From sequence record MF327007: a stretch of 64,000 bases of DNA. One strand, given 5' to 3'. Source of the stretch: Shigella phage Sf21. The notes under the pieces were generated by a model. That model was not told the origin of the DNA. It ran no database searches and saw nothing but the letters and a program-made list of their open reading frames with translations. Shown here piece by piece: positions 37,661 to 47,498 of this stretch. Position numbers and translations under genes: made by a program. Position 1 is the stretch's first letter. Every line of letters begins with the position of its first letter.

Positions 37661-39226
37661 ATGACTATCAAAACTAAAGCTGAACTTTTGAACAAATGGA
37701 AGCCATTACTGGAAGGTGAAGGTTTACCGGAAATTGCTAATAGCAAACAAGCGATTATCGCTAAAATCTTTGAAAACCAGGAAAAAGATTTCCAGACAGC
37801 TCCAGAGTACAAAGACGAAAAAATCGCCCAGGCATTTGGTTCTTTCTTAACAGAAGCTGAAATCGGTGGTGACCACGGTTACAACGCTACTAACATCGCT
37901 GCTGGTCAGACTTCTGGCGCAGTAACTCAGATTGGCCCAGCTGTTATGGGTATGGTACGTCGTGCTATTCCTAACCTGATTGCTTTCGATATTTGTGGTG
38001 TTCAGCCGATGAACAGCCCGACTGGCCAGGTATTCGCACTGCGCGCAGTATATGGTAAAGACCCAATCGCTTCCGGTGCTAAAGAAGCATTCCACCCAAT
38101 GTATGGTCCAGATGCAATGTTCTCTGGTCAGGGTGCTGCTAAGAAATTCGCTGCTTTGAAAGCAAGTGATACTCTTGAAGTTGGAACTATTTACACCCAC
38201 TTCTTCCAGGAAACTGGTACTGTATATCTACAAGCTACAGAAGTTAAGCAAATTGATACTAGCGCATCTGACGCAGCTAAATTAGATGCTGAAATTAAGA
38301 AACAAATGGAAGCTGGTGTACTGGTAGAAATCGCTGAAGGTATGGCTACTTCTATCGCTGAACTTCAGGAAGGTTTCAACGGTTCTACCGATAACCCATG
38401 GAATGAAATGGGCTTCCGTATCGATAAACAAGTTATCGAAGCTAAATCTCGTCAGCTGAAAGCTGCTTACTCTATCGAATTAGCACAAGACCTCCGCGCT
38501 GTTCACGGTATGGATGCTGATGCTGAACTGTCTGGTATTCTGGCTACCGAAATCATGTTGGAAATCAACCGTGAAGTTGTTGATTGGATTAACTACTCAG
38601 CTCAGGTTGGTAAATCTGGTATGACCCTGACTCCGGGTTCTAAAGCTGGTGTATTTGACTTCCAGGATCCGATTGATATTCGTGGTGCTCGCTGGGCGGG
38701 TGAATCCTTTAAAGCTCTGTTGTTCCAGATTGACAAAGAAGCAGTTGAAATTGCTCGTCAGACCGGTCGTGGTGAAGGTAACTTCATTATCGCTTCCCGT
38801 AACGTAGTTAACGTTCTGGCTTCAGTTGATACTGGCATTTCTTATGCTGCACAGGGTCTGGCTACCGGCTTTAACACTGATACTACCAAGTCAGTATTTG
38901 CTGGTGTTCTGGGTGGTAAATACCGTGTATATATCGACCAGTATGCTAAACAGGATTATTTCACTGTAGGTTATAAAGGTCCGAACGAAATGGATGCTGG
39001 TATTTACTACGCTCCATATGTAGCTCTGACTCCGCTGCGTGGTTCCGATCCGAAGAACTTCCAACCAGTAATGGGATTCAAAACTCGTTACGGTATCGGT
39101 ATCAACCCATTTGCAGAATCCGCTGCTCAGGCTCCGGCTTCTCGCATCCAGAGCGGTATGCCTTCTATTCTGAATAGCCTCGGTAAAAACGCTTACTTCC
39201 GCCGTGTATATGTTAAAGGTATCTAA
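37661..39226 (+). CDS. 23: major capsid protein gp23
   Basis: 521 aa; N-terminus MTIKTKAELLNKWKPLLEGEGLPEIANSKQAIIAKIFENQEKDFQ matches my recollection of T4 gp23. Confidence 0.98.
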   Translation: MTIKTKAELLNKWKPLLEGEGLPEIANSKQAIIAKIFENQEKDFQTAPEYKDEKIAQAFGSFLTEAEIGGDHGYNATNIAAGQTSGAVTQIGPAVMGMVRRAIPNLIAFDICGVQPMNSPTGQVFALRAVYGKDPIASGAKEAFHPMYGPDAMFSGQGAAKKFAALKASDTLEVGTIYTHFFQETGTVYLQATEVKQIDTSASDAAKLDAEIKKQMEAGVLVEIAEGMATSIAELQEGFNGSTDNPWNEMGFRIDKQVIEAKSRQLKAAYSIELAQDLRAVHGMDADAELSGILATEIMLEINREVVDWINYSAQVGKSGMTLTPGSKAGVFDFQDPIDIRGARWAGESFKALLFQIDKEAVEIARQTGRGEGNFIIASRNVVNVLASVDTGISYAAQGLATGFNTDTTKSVFAGVLGGKYRVYIDQYAKQDYFTVGYKGPNEMDAGIYYAPYVALTPLRGSDPKNFQPVMGFKTRYGIGINPFAESAAQAPASRIQSGMPSILNSLGKNAYFRRVYVKGI

Positions 39227-39239
39227 TCTTTGACGATTT

Positions 39240-39259
39240 AAGGGACCTTCGGGTCCCTT
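39240..39259 (+). terminator. UUCG-tetraloop terminator after gene 23
   Basis: AAGGGACC-TTCG-GGTCCCTT followed by T-rich tract. Confidence 0.75.
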
Positions 39260-39274
39260 TAGTTGTTTTTATGG

Positions 39275-39282
39275 TATAAATA
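39275..39282 (+). promoter_or_regulatory. T4 late promoter core TATAAATA (gene 24)
   Basis: exact TATAAATA 28 nt upstream of gene 24 ATG, after gene 23 terminator. Confidence 0.75.
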
Positions 39283-39309
39283 AATCATATAAACCAAAAG
39301 GAAAGCGCA

Positions 39310-40593
39310 ATGGCTAAAATCAACGAACTTCTGCGCGAATCAACCACAACGAATAGCAACTCAATCGGTCGCCCAAATCTCGTTGCTTTGACTCGCGCTA
39401 CCACTAAATTAATATATTCTGACATTGTAGCAACGCAAAGAACTAATCAACCTGTTGCTGCTTTTTATGGTATCAAATACCTTAACCCAGACAATGAATT
39501 TACATTTAAAACTGGTGCTACTTACGCCGGCGAAGCTGGGTATGTAGACCGAGAACAAATCACAGAATTAACAGAAGAGTCTAAATTAACTCTCAATAAA
39601 GGCGATTTATTCAAATATAATAACATCGTTTATAAAGTATTAGAAGATACACCATTTGCTGATATTGAAGAAAGCGATTTAGAATTAGCTCTTCAGATTG
39701 CAATTGTTCTTTTAAAGGTTCGTCTATTTTCTGATGCTGCAGTAACAAGCAAATTTGAAAGCTCTGATAGTGAAATTGCGGATGCTAGATTCCAGATTAA
39801 TAAATGGCAAACCGCAGTTAAATCTCGTAAACTTAAAACTGGTATCACAGTTGAATTAGCACAAGATTTAGAAGCAAATGGATTCGATGCTCCTAATTTC
39901 TTGGAAGATTTGCTTGCAACTGAAATGGCGGATGAAATCAATAAAGATATTCTACAGTCTTTGATTACAGTATCAAAACGCTATAAAGTTACAGGAATTA
40001 CTGATACTGGATTCATTGATTTGAGTTATGCATCTGCACCTGAAGCTGGTCGTTCATTATACCGAATGGTGTGTGAAATGGTTTCACATATCCAAAAAGA
40101 ATCAACTTATACAGCAACGTTCTGTGTTGCTTCAGCTCGTGCCGCTGCGATTCTTGCTGCATCAGGTTGGTTAAAACATAAACCAGAAGATGACAAATAT
40201 CTTTCACAAAATGCCTACGGGTTCTTAGCTAATGGTTTACCGCTTTATTGCGATACCAACAGTCCATTAGATTATGTAATCGTTGGCGTAGTAGAAAATA
40301 TTGGTGAAAAAGAAATTGTTGGATCAATTTTCTATGCCCCGTATACAGAAGGTCTTGACTTAGATGACCCTGAACATGTAGGTGCATTTAAAGTTGTAGT
40401 TGATCCAGAAAGTTTGCAGCCATCTATCGGTTTATTAGTTAGATATGCTTTATCTGCAAATCCTTACACTGTAGCAAAAGATGAAAAAGAAGCAAGAGTA
40501 ATTGATGGTGGAGACATGGATAAAATGGCGGGTCGTTCAGATTTGTCCGTTTTATTAGGTGTTAAGCTACCAAAAATTATCATTGATGAATAA
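39310..40593 (+). CDS. 24: capsid vertex protein gp24
   Basis: 427 aa; TATAAATA late promoter at 39275-39282. Confidence 0.95.
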   Translation: MAKINELLRESTTTNSNSIGRPNLVALTRATTKLIYSDIVATQRTNQPVAAFYGIKYLNPDNEFTFKTGATYAGEAGYVDREQITELTEESKLTLNKGDLFKYNNIVYKVLEDTPFADIEESDLELALQIAIVLLKVRLFSDAAVTSKFESSDSEIADARFQINKWQTAVKSRKLKTGITVELAQDLEANGFDAPNFLEDLLATEMADEINKDILQSLITVSKRYKVTGITDTGFIDLSYASAPEAGRSLYRMVCEMVSHIQKESTYTATFCVASARAAAILAASGWLKHKPEDDKYLSQNAYGFLANGLPLYCDTNSPLDYVIVGVVENIGEKEIVGSIFYAPYTEGLDLDDPEHVGAFKVVVDPESLQPSIGLLVRYALSANPYTVAKDEKEARVIDGGDMDKMAGRSDLSVLLGVKLPKIIIDE

Positions 40594-40597
40594 AACA

Positions 40598-40620
40598 AAG
40601 GGACCGAAAGGTCCCTTTTT
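40598..40620. terminator. bidirectional terminator between gene 24 (+) and rnlB (-)
   Basis: AAGGGACC-GAAA-GGTCCCTT flanked by A-run and T-run. Confidence 0.8.
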
Positions 40621-40622
40621 AT

Positions 40623-41627
40623 TTAACTTACCAATTCAATCCAAGCCGGACGAAGTACATCTTGTACCATTTTAACTAATTCCTTCTTAATCAAAGAAGG
40701 ATTATCCGCTTGAGTTAGAGTAATACCTTCACGAGAAGTTTCTTCCAAAATATCTTGAACAGTTAGCCCCATCACCTTTCCAAAATCTTTTGGACCAATT
40801 TCGCCAATTTTAGAAATAACGTTATTTACTCGGTTCAGTGTAACGTAACAAGCTAAAATTCCAACCAATTTGTTATCAGCTTCTGACAGTTCAACTTTAG
40901 CTTTAATAGGCTTATCAGACTTTTTCTTTTCACTAAATTTAGAGTTCTTGCATTTGATAGCTACGCGATTGCCATTAGGCATCCAAGAAGGATAACAAGG
41001 TTTCAATACATATCCTTCAGCGGTAAATACTTCGCCTTTTACTTCAGCATTCCAAACGCATTTATTTGCATCAACTAATCCAGCATGGTCTACCGTAAAA
41101 TTATAATCCTGGACGACAGAATCTAAATCATTTGGCAATTTAATAAGTTCTTCAAATTTACCGCGACCTAAAAGTGGAGCCATTTTAAATTTAAATGTAT
41201 TGCAGAATGATTCCATCATATAATCATCGACATAAGTCACATCACCACTTTCTGTAGTAACAATAATGTCAAATACATAAAAATCTTTATCGCCATAATC
41301 GACATTCTTCTGAATGCCAGGTCCGGCGAATTCACCGAAGACTTGATAAGATACAACCGCTGAAGTTTCCATAATATCTTGTACTGCTTTAATGGAATCA
41401 GCGTAATTCTTCAAAATAATTTCATGCCCAAAGAAATCTTCAGCAGGAAGAATAGGACCAGTGCGTTTAGCACAAGTTACTTTATCACGCTCAATAATTA
41501 ATGAGAAATTTGTGCCATGAATCTTTTCACGAGCTACCCATTCGCCACCAGTCAATCCTAAACTATAAAGTTTTTCAATGAATTTAGAATTGTAATGATT
41601 TTCAAGACTGCTATACTTTTTAAACAT
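40623..41627 (-). CDS. rnlB: RNA ligase 2 (RnlB, gene 24.1)
   Basis: 334 aa; nucleotidyltransferase lysine motif KIHGTN. Confidence 0.9.
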   Translation of the reverse strand: MFKKYSSLENHYNSKFIEKLYSLGLTGGEWVAREKIHGTNFSLIIERDKVTCAKRTGPILPAEDFFGHEIILKNYADSIKAVQDIMETSAVVSYQVFGEFAGPGIQKNVDYGDKDFYVFDIIVTTESGDVTYVDDYMMESFCNTFKFKMAPLLGRGKFEELIKLPNDLDSVVQDYNFTVDHAGLVDANKCVWNAEVKGEVFTAEGYVLKPCYPSWMPNGNRVAIKCKNSKFSEKKKSDKPIKAKVELSEADNKLVGILACYVTLNRVNNVISKIGEIGPKDFGKVMGLTVQDILEETSREGITLTQADNPSLIKKELVKMVQDVLRPAWIELVS

Positions 41628-41636
41628 AATTAATCC

Positions 41637-41915
41637 TCAAAATGTAATTTCTAACCAATCACCATCACGCTGATCACTATTGACTTTAAAGCTAAATCCT
41701 TCTTTTCTCAGCCAATCACCAATTTCTTCAGTAATCAATTTATCGCGAGCAGTACAATAATAACTAAAATATGTTTTACCTTGTTCAGCTGCTTTATTAG
41801 CAAGTTCCGAAAAATCTTTAATAAAACACTCTAGCTTAAACTGTTTACTTTTAAGTGCTTTTTCGCGTAATCGATTAGCAAAAGATTCATTTTCATAAAG
41901 ATCATACTGTTCCAT
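41637..41915 (-). CDS. hypothetical protein (24.2 position)
   Basis: 92-aa ORF; synteny. Confidence 0.6.
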   Translation of the reverse strand: MEQYDLYENESFANRLREKALKSKQFKLECFIKDFSELANKAAEQGKTYFSYYCTARDKLITEEIGDWLRKEGFSFKVNSDQRDGDWLEITF

Positions 41916-41918
41916 TTT

Positions 41919-42116
41919 TCACCTTTTATTAATATGTCTTTTTCTATAGACAACTTTTTCTCGAGTTTCAAATTTATTCTTAGCAGTCATAGCTCGAGCC
42001 CATAATACAGCCACTTCTTTCGCCTGTAAGTTTAATTCACGAGCAATTTCAATGAATGACTTTCCAGACTCATGAAGAGTAAACACCACAACCTCAGTTC
42101 TCATAATCAATCTCAT
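41919..42116 (-). CDS. hypothetical protein (24.3 position)
   Basis: 65-aa ORF; synteny. Confidence 0.5.
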   Translation of the reverse strand: MRLIMRTEVVVFTLHESGKSFIEIARELNLQAKEVAVLWARAMTAKNKFETREKVVYRKRHINKR

Positions 42117-42183
42117 GTTATCGAGTTGATGCCATTATATACATCATTTTCTGAGTATGTTTTGTGTGCTTTCAAAATGAAGA

Positions 42184-42200
42184 AAGGGGCCGAAGCCCCT
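42184..42200 (-). terminator. UUCG-tetraloop hairpin after hoc
   Basis: same GGGGC-UUCG-GCCCC core as 1146-1166 and 62864-62879. Confidence 0.55.
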
Positions 42201-42211
42201 TATGATTATGA

Positions 42212-43636
42212 TTATGGATAGGTATAGATGATACCAGTTTCTAAAGCAGTTTTATGAATGATGTATCCATTGCGTGATTCTTGAACATCAACTTCTGGAT
42301 AGTCTTTCATCATCTTCTGAAGAGTGTAACGATGCAGGTAGTATTTACTGTCTGGATCTTCAGTTTTCCAATCTTTACCTTCTTCGGTCATTTTTTGGAT
42401 TTCATCCATAACCCACCAACCGCACCAGATATAAGCTGAAGTACGATGTGGAAGAGGATGAACATAAGGCAATTCACCTTCTGGTTCCGGAGCAACTTTA
42501 TCAGTTACCTGAACTTGGCCTGTTGCTTTAACTGTTTTACTATCATAGTCGGTTGCTGTAACGACAGCAGTAACTTCAATAGTTTGACTTCCAATAGATG
42601 AGGTGTCAACGGTGTATACGTTAGTTGACCCTTCTACAGGAGAAGAATCTTTCTTCCATGAATAAGTAATTTGTGCTGCTTCAGGTGCTCCAGTAACATT
42701 AGCCGTAAATGTAGCCGAAGCATCTTGCTGAACGTTAATAGAAGGAGGAGTCAATGTAACCTGTGGATTCATTGTCTTCTTATTAACTGTCAATGATACT
42801 TCATTAGAAGTAACTTCCTTTTCATTGTAATTTTCTGCAGTTACTTGCGCTACACATTTAATTCTTTTTACTCCACTTGTAGTTGGAGTATAGTTAAATG
42901 TAGAGTTAGTTTCTCCACCAATTTGAGAATCATCTACATACCACTTATATGTAGCAGACGCTCCATCAGGTTGAGAAGCTAAGGCAGCAGTAAATTGAAC
43001 TGGAGTTCCAATTACTCCAGCTGAAGGACTATTAGGAGTTACAACTAAAGTAGTCGCTTGGGTTTTCTTGTTAACAGTCAGCGACACTTCGTCAGAAGTA
43101 ACGGTCTTTGTATCATAATCTGTCGCAGTTACTTGAGCTACACACTTAATTTTTTTAACTCCGCTTATGGCAGGAGTATAGTTAAATGTAGCGTCAGTTG
43201 CTTCTCCCACAGGAGAACCGTCGACGTGCCATTGATACGTAGCAGATGCACCTGGCGGCTGTGAATCTAAGGCAGCGGTAAATTGAACAGCTGTTCCGAT
43301 TACTCCTTCCGAAGGACTATCAGGAGTTACTGTTATTGTAGTAGTCTGTGTCTTATTTTGAACTGTGATAGTTGTCGTAGTTTCTGCTGTTTCAGGTTCA
43401 GCTTCAGATTCTGGAACTGTATTTGTTGCAACTACTTTAATAGTCTTTTGACCTGCAGGTCCTTTTAGTACATAGCTAAAAGTTGCTTCAGCTCCATCCT
43501 GTGGAACATTATCTACACTCCAAGCATAGGTAATAGTTCCACCTTCAGTTTGACCACTGGGTGCAGCAGTAAACTGCTTGGTTTCATCAATAACTCCTGT
43601 TGGGGTTTTAGGAGTTATATCAACTGTAAAAGCCAT
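42212..43636 (-). CDS. hoc: highly immunogenic outer capsid protein Hoc, with tandem Ig-like domains
   Basis: 474 aa; repeated ~95-aa Ig-like units, also seen as DNA repeats; start ATG with SD AAGGATAA. Confidence 0.85.
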   Translation of the reverse strand: MAFTVDITPKTPTGVIDETKQFTAAPSGQTEGGTITYAWSVDNVPQDGAEATFSYVLKGPAGQKTIKVVATNTVPESEAEPETAETTTTITVQNKTQTTTITVTPDSPSEGVIGTAVQFTAALDSQPPGASATYQWHVDGSPVGEATDATFNYTPAISGVKKIKCVAQVTATDYDTKTVTSDEVSLTVNKKTQATTLVVTPNSPSAGVIGTPVQFTAALASQPDGASATYKWYVDDSQIGGETNSTFNYTPTTSGVKRIKCVAQVTAENYNEKEVTSNEVSLTVNKKTMNPQVTLTPPSINVQQDASATFTANVTGAPEAAQITYSWKKDSSPVEGSTNVYTVDTSSIGSQTIEVTAVVTATDYDSKTVKATGQVQVTDKVAPEPEGELPYVHPLPHRTSAYIWCGWWVMDEIQKMTEEGKDWKTEDPDSKYYLHRYTLQKMMKDYPEVDVQESRNGYIIHKTALETGIIYTYP

Positions 43637-43645
43637 AAGTTATCC

Positions 43646-44326
43646 TTATTTTAATGTTACGAAAGAAGAATTACGTGTTTCACGAATTAGAACTGATCCG
43701 TCACGATTAATGTAGTAAATTAAGCTAAATAAAGTTTGGTGTGCCGACGCATGTTCAAAACTAGTTGGGTGAGATTTCCAATCTGGGGTTTCAGCAATCC
43801 ATTGATAAATCCACCAAGGAACAGTGCAGAATCCTGGATTTTTTCCAATCAGCTGAAGATTCGGACTAAAGTTTTCCGGAAGAGTAAATACAGACGGCTT
43901 TTCAGATTCAATAATCTCAGCTACAGCCTGTTCGAATTTTTCTTCAACAAAAGGAGTATCTTCAATTAAAACAGTGGTATTTTCAGGAATTTTATCCGTT
44001 TCTACTACTTCAATTTTAATGTCAGATTTAACCGGAGAATCAATCAGAAGTGCTGCCTCTGGATTGACTTCTTCATCGTCATATTTTAATCCGTCTGCAG
44101 CATCAGCAGCATCAATTAAGTCTTTAATAGATAACCCATCAGTCTCTGGCATAGGTTCACTAGCGAGCTTCTGGAGAGCTTCTTCAATATCATTAACGAT
44201 ATTATCAAAAGATTTATTCTTTTTGACCTTTATACCAAACTGTTCAGCATATTCAGCTAATTTAGCTTTAGCTTCTTTATTATCATCAAGAGCCTTCAGC
44301 TCTGCAATATAATCTTTATCTATCAT
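43646..44326 (-). CDS. inh: Inh, inhibitor of prohead protease
   Basis: 226 aa, T4 Inh length; position between hoc and uvsW. Confidence 0.75.
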   Translation of the reverse strand: MIDKDYIAELKALDDNKEAKAKLAEYAEQFGIKVKKNKSFDNIVNDIEEALQKLASEPMPETDGLSIKDLIDAADAADGLKYDDEEVNPEAALLIDSPVKSDIKIEVVETDKIPENTTVLIEDTPFVEEKFEQAVAEIIESEKPSVFTLPENFSPNLQLIGKNPGFCTVPWWIYQWIAETPDWKSHPTSFEHASAHQTLFSLIYYINRDGSVLIRETRNSSFVTLK

Positions 44327-44339
44327 AATATTTCCTCAG

Positions 44340-44347
44340 TATAAATA
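44340..44347 (+). promoter_or_regulatory. T4 late promoter core TATAAATA (uvsW)
   Basis: exact TATAAATA 30 nt upstream of uvsW ATG. Confidence 0.65.
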
Positions 44348-44376
44348 TAGATATATTTATTACATGGTATTTAGAC

Positions 44377-45888
44377 ATGACTGACATTAAAGTACATTTT
44401 TATGATTTTAGTCACGTGAGAATTGATTGCGAAGAAAGTACATTTCATGAACTCCGTGATTTCTTTAGCTTTGAAGCTGATGGGTATCGTTTTAATCCGA
44501 AGTACAAATATGGCCACTGGGATGGACGAATTCGTCTTTTAGATTATAATCGCCTTCTTCCATTCGGTTTAGTCGGGCAAATTAAAAAGTTCTGCGATAA
44601 CTTTGGCTATAAAGCCTGGATTGACCCACAGATTAACGAAAAAGAAGAATTATCAAGAAAAGATTTTGATGAATGGCTTTCTAAATTAGAAATCTATTCA
44701 GGAAATAAAAGAATTGAACCGCATTGGTATCAAAAAGATGCAGTGTTCGAAGGATTAGTTAATCGTCGTAGAATTCTTAATCTTCCAACATCCGCAGGTA
44801 AATCTTTAATTCAAGCTTTGCTTGCTCGATATTATTTGGAAAATTATGAAGGCAAAATTCTTATTATTGTTCCAACAACTGCTCTGACAACTCAGATGGC
44901 TGATGACTTTGTTGACTATCGTTTATTCAGTCATGCAATGATAAAGAAAATCGGCGGTGGAGCATCAAAAGATGATAAATATAAAAATGATGCACCAGTC
45001 GTTGTTGGTACATGGCAAACTGTAGTAAAACAACCAAAAGAATGGTTCTCACAGTTTGGAATGATGATGAATGATGAATGTCATCTTGCTACAGGAAAAA
45101 GTATTTCATCTATAATATCAGGTTTAAATAACTGCATGTTTAAATTTGGTTTGTCTGGTTCATTGCGCGATGGCAAAGCCAATATCATGCAGTATGTTGG
45201 AATGTTTGGTGAAATATTTAAGCCAGTAACGACCTCTAAATTAATGGAAGATGGACAAGTAACTGAGTTAAAAATTAATAGCATTTTTCTTCGCTATCCC
45301 GATGAGTTCACTACTAAATTAAAGGGAAAAAATTACCAAGAAGAAATAAAAATTATTACTGGGCTCAGTAAAAGAAATAAATGGATCGCTAAATTAGCTA
45401 TTAAGCTTGCACAAAAAGATGAAAACGCTTTTGTCATGTTTAAACATGTATCGCATGGTAAAGCTATTTTCGATTTAATTAAAAATGAATACGATAAAGT
45501 TTATTACGTATCAGGGGAAGTTGATACCGAAACCCGCAATATAATGAAAACCTTAGCTGAAAACGGTAAAGGAATAATTATAGTAGCTAGTTATGGTGTA
45601 TTTTCTACTGGTATTTCAGTTAAAAATCTGCATCACGTTGTTTTAGCACACGGTGTTAAATCTAAAATTATTGTATTGCAAACAATAGGTCGCGTATTAC
45701 GTAAACATGGTTCTAAAACAATTGCAACAGTCTGGGATCTTATAGATGACGCAGGCGTCAAGCCAAAATCTGCTAATACGAAAAAGAAATACGTTCATTT
45801 GAACTATCTTTTAAAACACGGCATTGATCGTATTCAGCGCTACGCAGATGAAAAATTTAATTACGTAATGAAAACAGTTAATTTATAA
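44377..45888 (+). CDS. uvsW: UvsW SF2 helicase
   Basis: 503 aa; helicase motif I LPTSAGKS and DExH-type box MNDECH. Confidence 0.92.
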   Translation: MTDIKVHFYDFSHVRIDCEESTFHELRDFFSFEADGYRFNPKYKYGHWDGRIRLLDYNRLLPFGLVGQIKKFCDNFGYKAWIDPQINEKEELSRKDFDEWLSKLEIYSGNKRIEPHWYQKDAVFEGLVNRRRILNLPTSAGKSLIQALLARYYLENYEGKILIIVPTTALTTQMADDFVDYRLFSHAMIKKIGGGASKDDKYKNDAPVVVGTWQTVVKQPKEWFSQFGMMMNDECHLATGKSISSIISGLNNCMFKFGLSGSLRDGKANIMQYVGMFGEIFKPVTTSKLMEDGQVTELKINSIFLRYPDEFTTKLKGKNYQEEIKIITGLSKRNKWIAKLAIKLAQKDENAFVMFKHVSHGKAIFDLIKNEYDKVYYVSGEVDTETRNIMKTLAENGKGIIIVASYGVFSTGISVKNLHHVVLAHGVKSKIIVLQTIGRVLRKHGSKTIATVWDLIDDAGVKPKSANTKKKYVHLNYLLKHGIDRIQRYADEKFNYVMKTVNL

Positions 45889-45902
45889 GGGCTTCGGCCC
45901 TT
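45887..45902 (+). terminator. UUCG-tetraloop hairpin after uvsW
   Basis: AAGGGC-TTCG-GCCCTT followed by TTGG. Confidence 0.6.
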
Positions 45903-46144
45903 TGGAGAAAAAGATGTTACTAGAATTTAAACAATTTCTTTATGAAGCTTCTATTGATGAATTTATGGGTAAAATTGCCTCTTGTCAAACATTAGAAGGT
46001 TTAGAAGAACTTGAAGCTTATTATAAGAAAAGAGTTAAAGAAACTGAATTAAAAGATACTGATGACATCTCTGTGAGAGATGCTTTGGCAGGAAAAAGAG
46101 CTGAATTAGAAGATTCAGACGATGAAGTAGAAGAAAGCTTTTAA
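45902..46144 (+). CDS. uvsW.1: UvsW.1 small acidic protein
   Basis: 80-aa ORF immediately after uvsW. Confidence 0.75.
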   Translation: MEKKMLLEFKQFLYEASIDEFMGKIASCQTLEGLEELEAYYKKRVKETELKDTDDISVRDALAGKRAELEDSDDEVEESF

Positions 46145-46199
46145 ATTAAAAAAGGCCCAACCAAAAAGGAAGGGCCAAAACTATAGACTAAAGGTCACA

Positions 46200-46367
46200 C
46201 TATAGCAAAAGTTGTGTTTCATTTAATTGTTCTTCCGAACTTTCTGAAACTGGTAGTTCTTTAATGTAATTATAGCAAGGCCCAGGATGTACAGGACCTT
46301 TGTCTGTTTCAACAACCAATGCAGAATCGATTGGAGTTTTACAGACAACACAAATCTTATCTGACAT
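46200..46367 (-). CDS. small Cys-rich protein (uvsY.-2 position), not in ORF track
   Basis: 55 aa MSDKICVVCKTP...GPCYNY; SD GAGGAG; TATAAATA (minus) at 46393-46400. Confidence 0.45.
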   Translation of the reverse strand: MSDKICVVCKTPIDSALVVETDKGPVHPGPCYNYIKELPVSESSEEQLNETQLLL

Positions 46368-46392
46368 GATTGTCTCCTCTAAATTATATATC

Positions 46393-46400
46393 TATTTATA
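46393..46400 (-). promoter_or_regulatory. T4 late promoter core TATAAATA
   Basis: exact TATAAATA on minus strand 26 nt upstream of small ORF 46200..46367. Confidence 0.5.
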
Positions 46401-46620
46401 TAACTCTCATATGCATATCAATGCCCATATCTTTGGAATAAAAATATTCATCAAGATATCCAGCAAATTTTCCTTTAACATAAAGTACATCTTCACCGCA
46501 TGGGTGGTCGGCCAGGATACGAATATCCTGACGCTTGAGATTATACTTTTTCATTAAGAATTGAATTTCCGTTTCGAATTCTTCTTCATAATTAAAAGCA
46601 TCATCAATGCTATATTTCAT
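46396..46620 (-). CDS. hypothetical protein (uvsY.-1 position)
   Basis: 74-aa ORF abutting uvsY stop. Confidence 0.6.
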   Translation of the reverse strand: MKYSIDDAFNYEEEFETEIQFLMKKYNLKRQDIRILADHPCGEDVLYVKGKFAGYLDEYFYSKDMGIDMHMRVI

Positions 46621-47033
46621 TATTTTCCAGCCTCAAATGCCCGCATGTCTTGAATATGCTTAATAGCAAATCCACGTGATTTAATAGCATCAAGAGCTCC
46701 GCTACAGAAATCCAATAAAATTCCCCAATATTGTAATGAAGTATCAACCTTTAAAACATCCTTATCAGCTGATAGAACTGTTTTCATTTCTGATTTCTCG
46801 TAACGATCCATACTAAATTCATCACCATCTCCTCGTCCCGAGTAGTAGTCTAATTTAGCTTTAAGAGCAACTTTTTTCTGTGCTTCAATTCTAAGCATTT
46901 CCTTTTTAATACTTGAATGCTTATTAAGCCATTTACTATATAACATCACATTATTAGCTGCTTCATACTGTAATTTAGTCGAATCTATAAACACATCTTT
47001 CTTCAATTCTTCTTGAAGATCTTCTAATCTCAT
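46620..47033 (-). CDS. uvsY: UvsY recombination mediator
   Basis: 137 aa, T4 UvsY length; synteny. Confidence 0.9.
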   Translation of the reverse strand: MRLEDLQEELKKDVFIDSTKLQYEAANNVMLYSKWLNKHSSIKKEMLRIEAQKKVALKAKLDYYSGRGDGDEFSMDRYEKSEMKTVLSADKDVLKVDTSLQYWGILLDFCSGALDAIKSRGFAIKHIQDMRAFEAGK

Positions 47034-47099
47034 ATTGTTCTCTATTCAATTGTTATTGGATGGACTTAGATTCATTATACCACGTTTATACGTGAAGCA

Positions 47100-47498
47100 T
47101 TATACTCTATTACTGGAAGCCAGTTGTAGTTTTATCTGCTCAATATCATCAGGGTTATCGATGACTGAAAAGCGTATTTCTACTATCAAAGTATAATCAT
47201 CATAAACCGGTATTACATTAACTGCTAATTTATCAATACGTGGCTCATAGTTTCTTACTGCGCTTTCGATATTACGTTCAACCGTGTCAGCAGTAAGAGG
47301 AGTCATATTCTCAAAAAGTTGGTCAGATAAATCGCATCCAAATTCAGGGTCAAACGGTCTTGAACCTTTTCTTGTTGTAATAATTCCTAAAAGACTATTT
47401 TTAATTGACCTTAATCCAAGTGATCTTGAAACGTCTTTGTTCCAATCCATTTTCATCTCTGGGTCAATATCAGAATAAAGCTTATTAATATTTGCCAT
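47100..47498 (-). CDS. 25: baseplate wedge protein gp25
   Basis: 132 aa; synteny. Confidence 0.92.
   Translation of the reverse strand: MANINKLYSDIDPEMKMDWNKDVSRSLGLRSIKNSLLGIITTRKGSRPFDPEFGCDLSDQLFENMTPLTADTVERNIESAVRNYEPRIDKLAVNVIPVYDDYTLIVEIRFSVIDNPDDIEQIKLQLASSNRV

Noticed and set aside
43974-44312. 112-aa plus-strand ORF
   Set aside because: Antisense within inh; no ribosome binding site.
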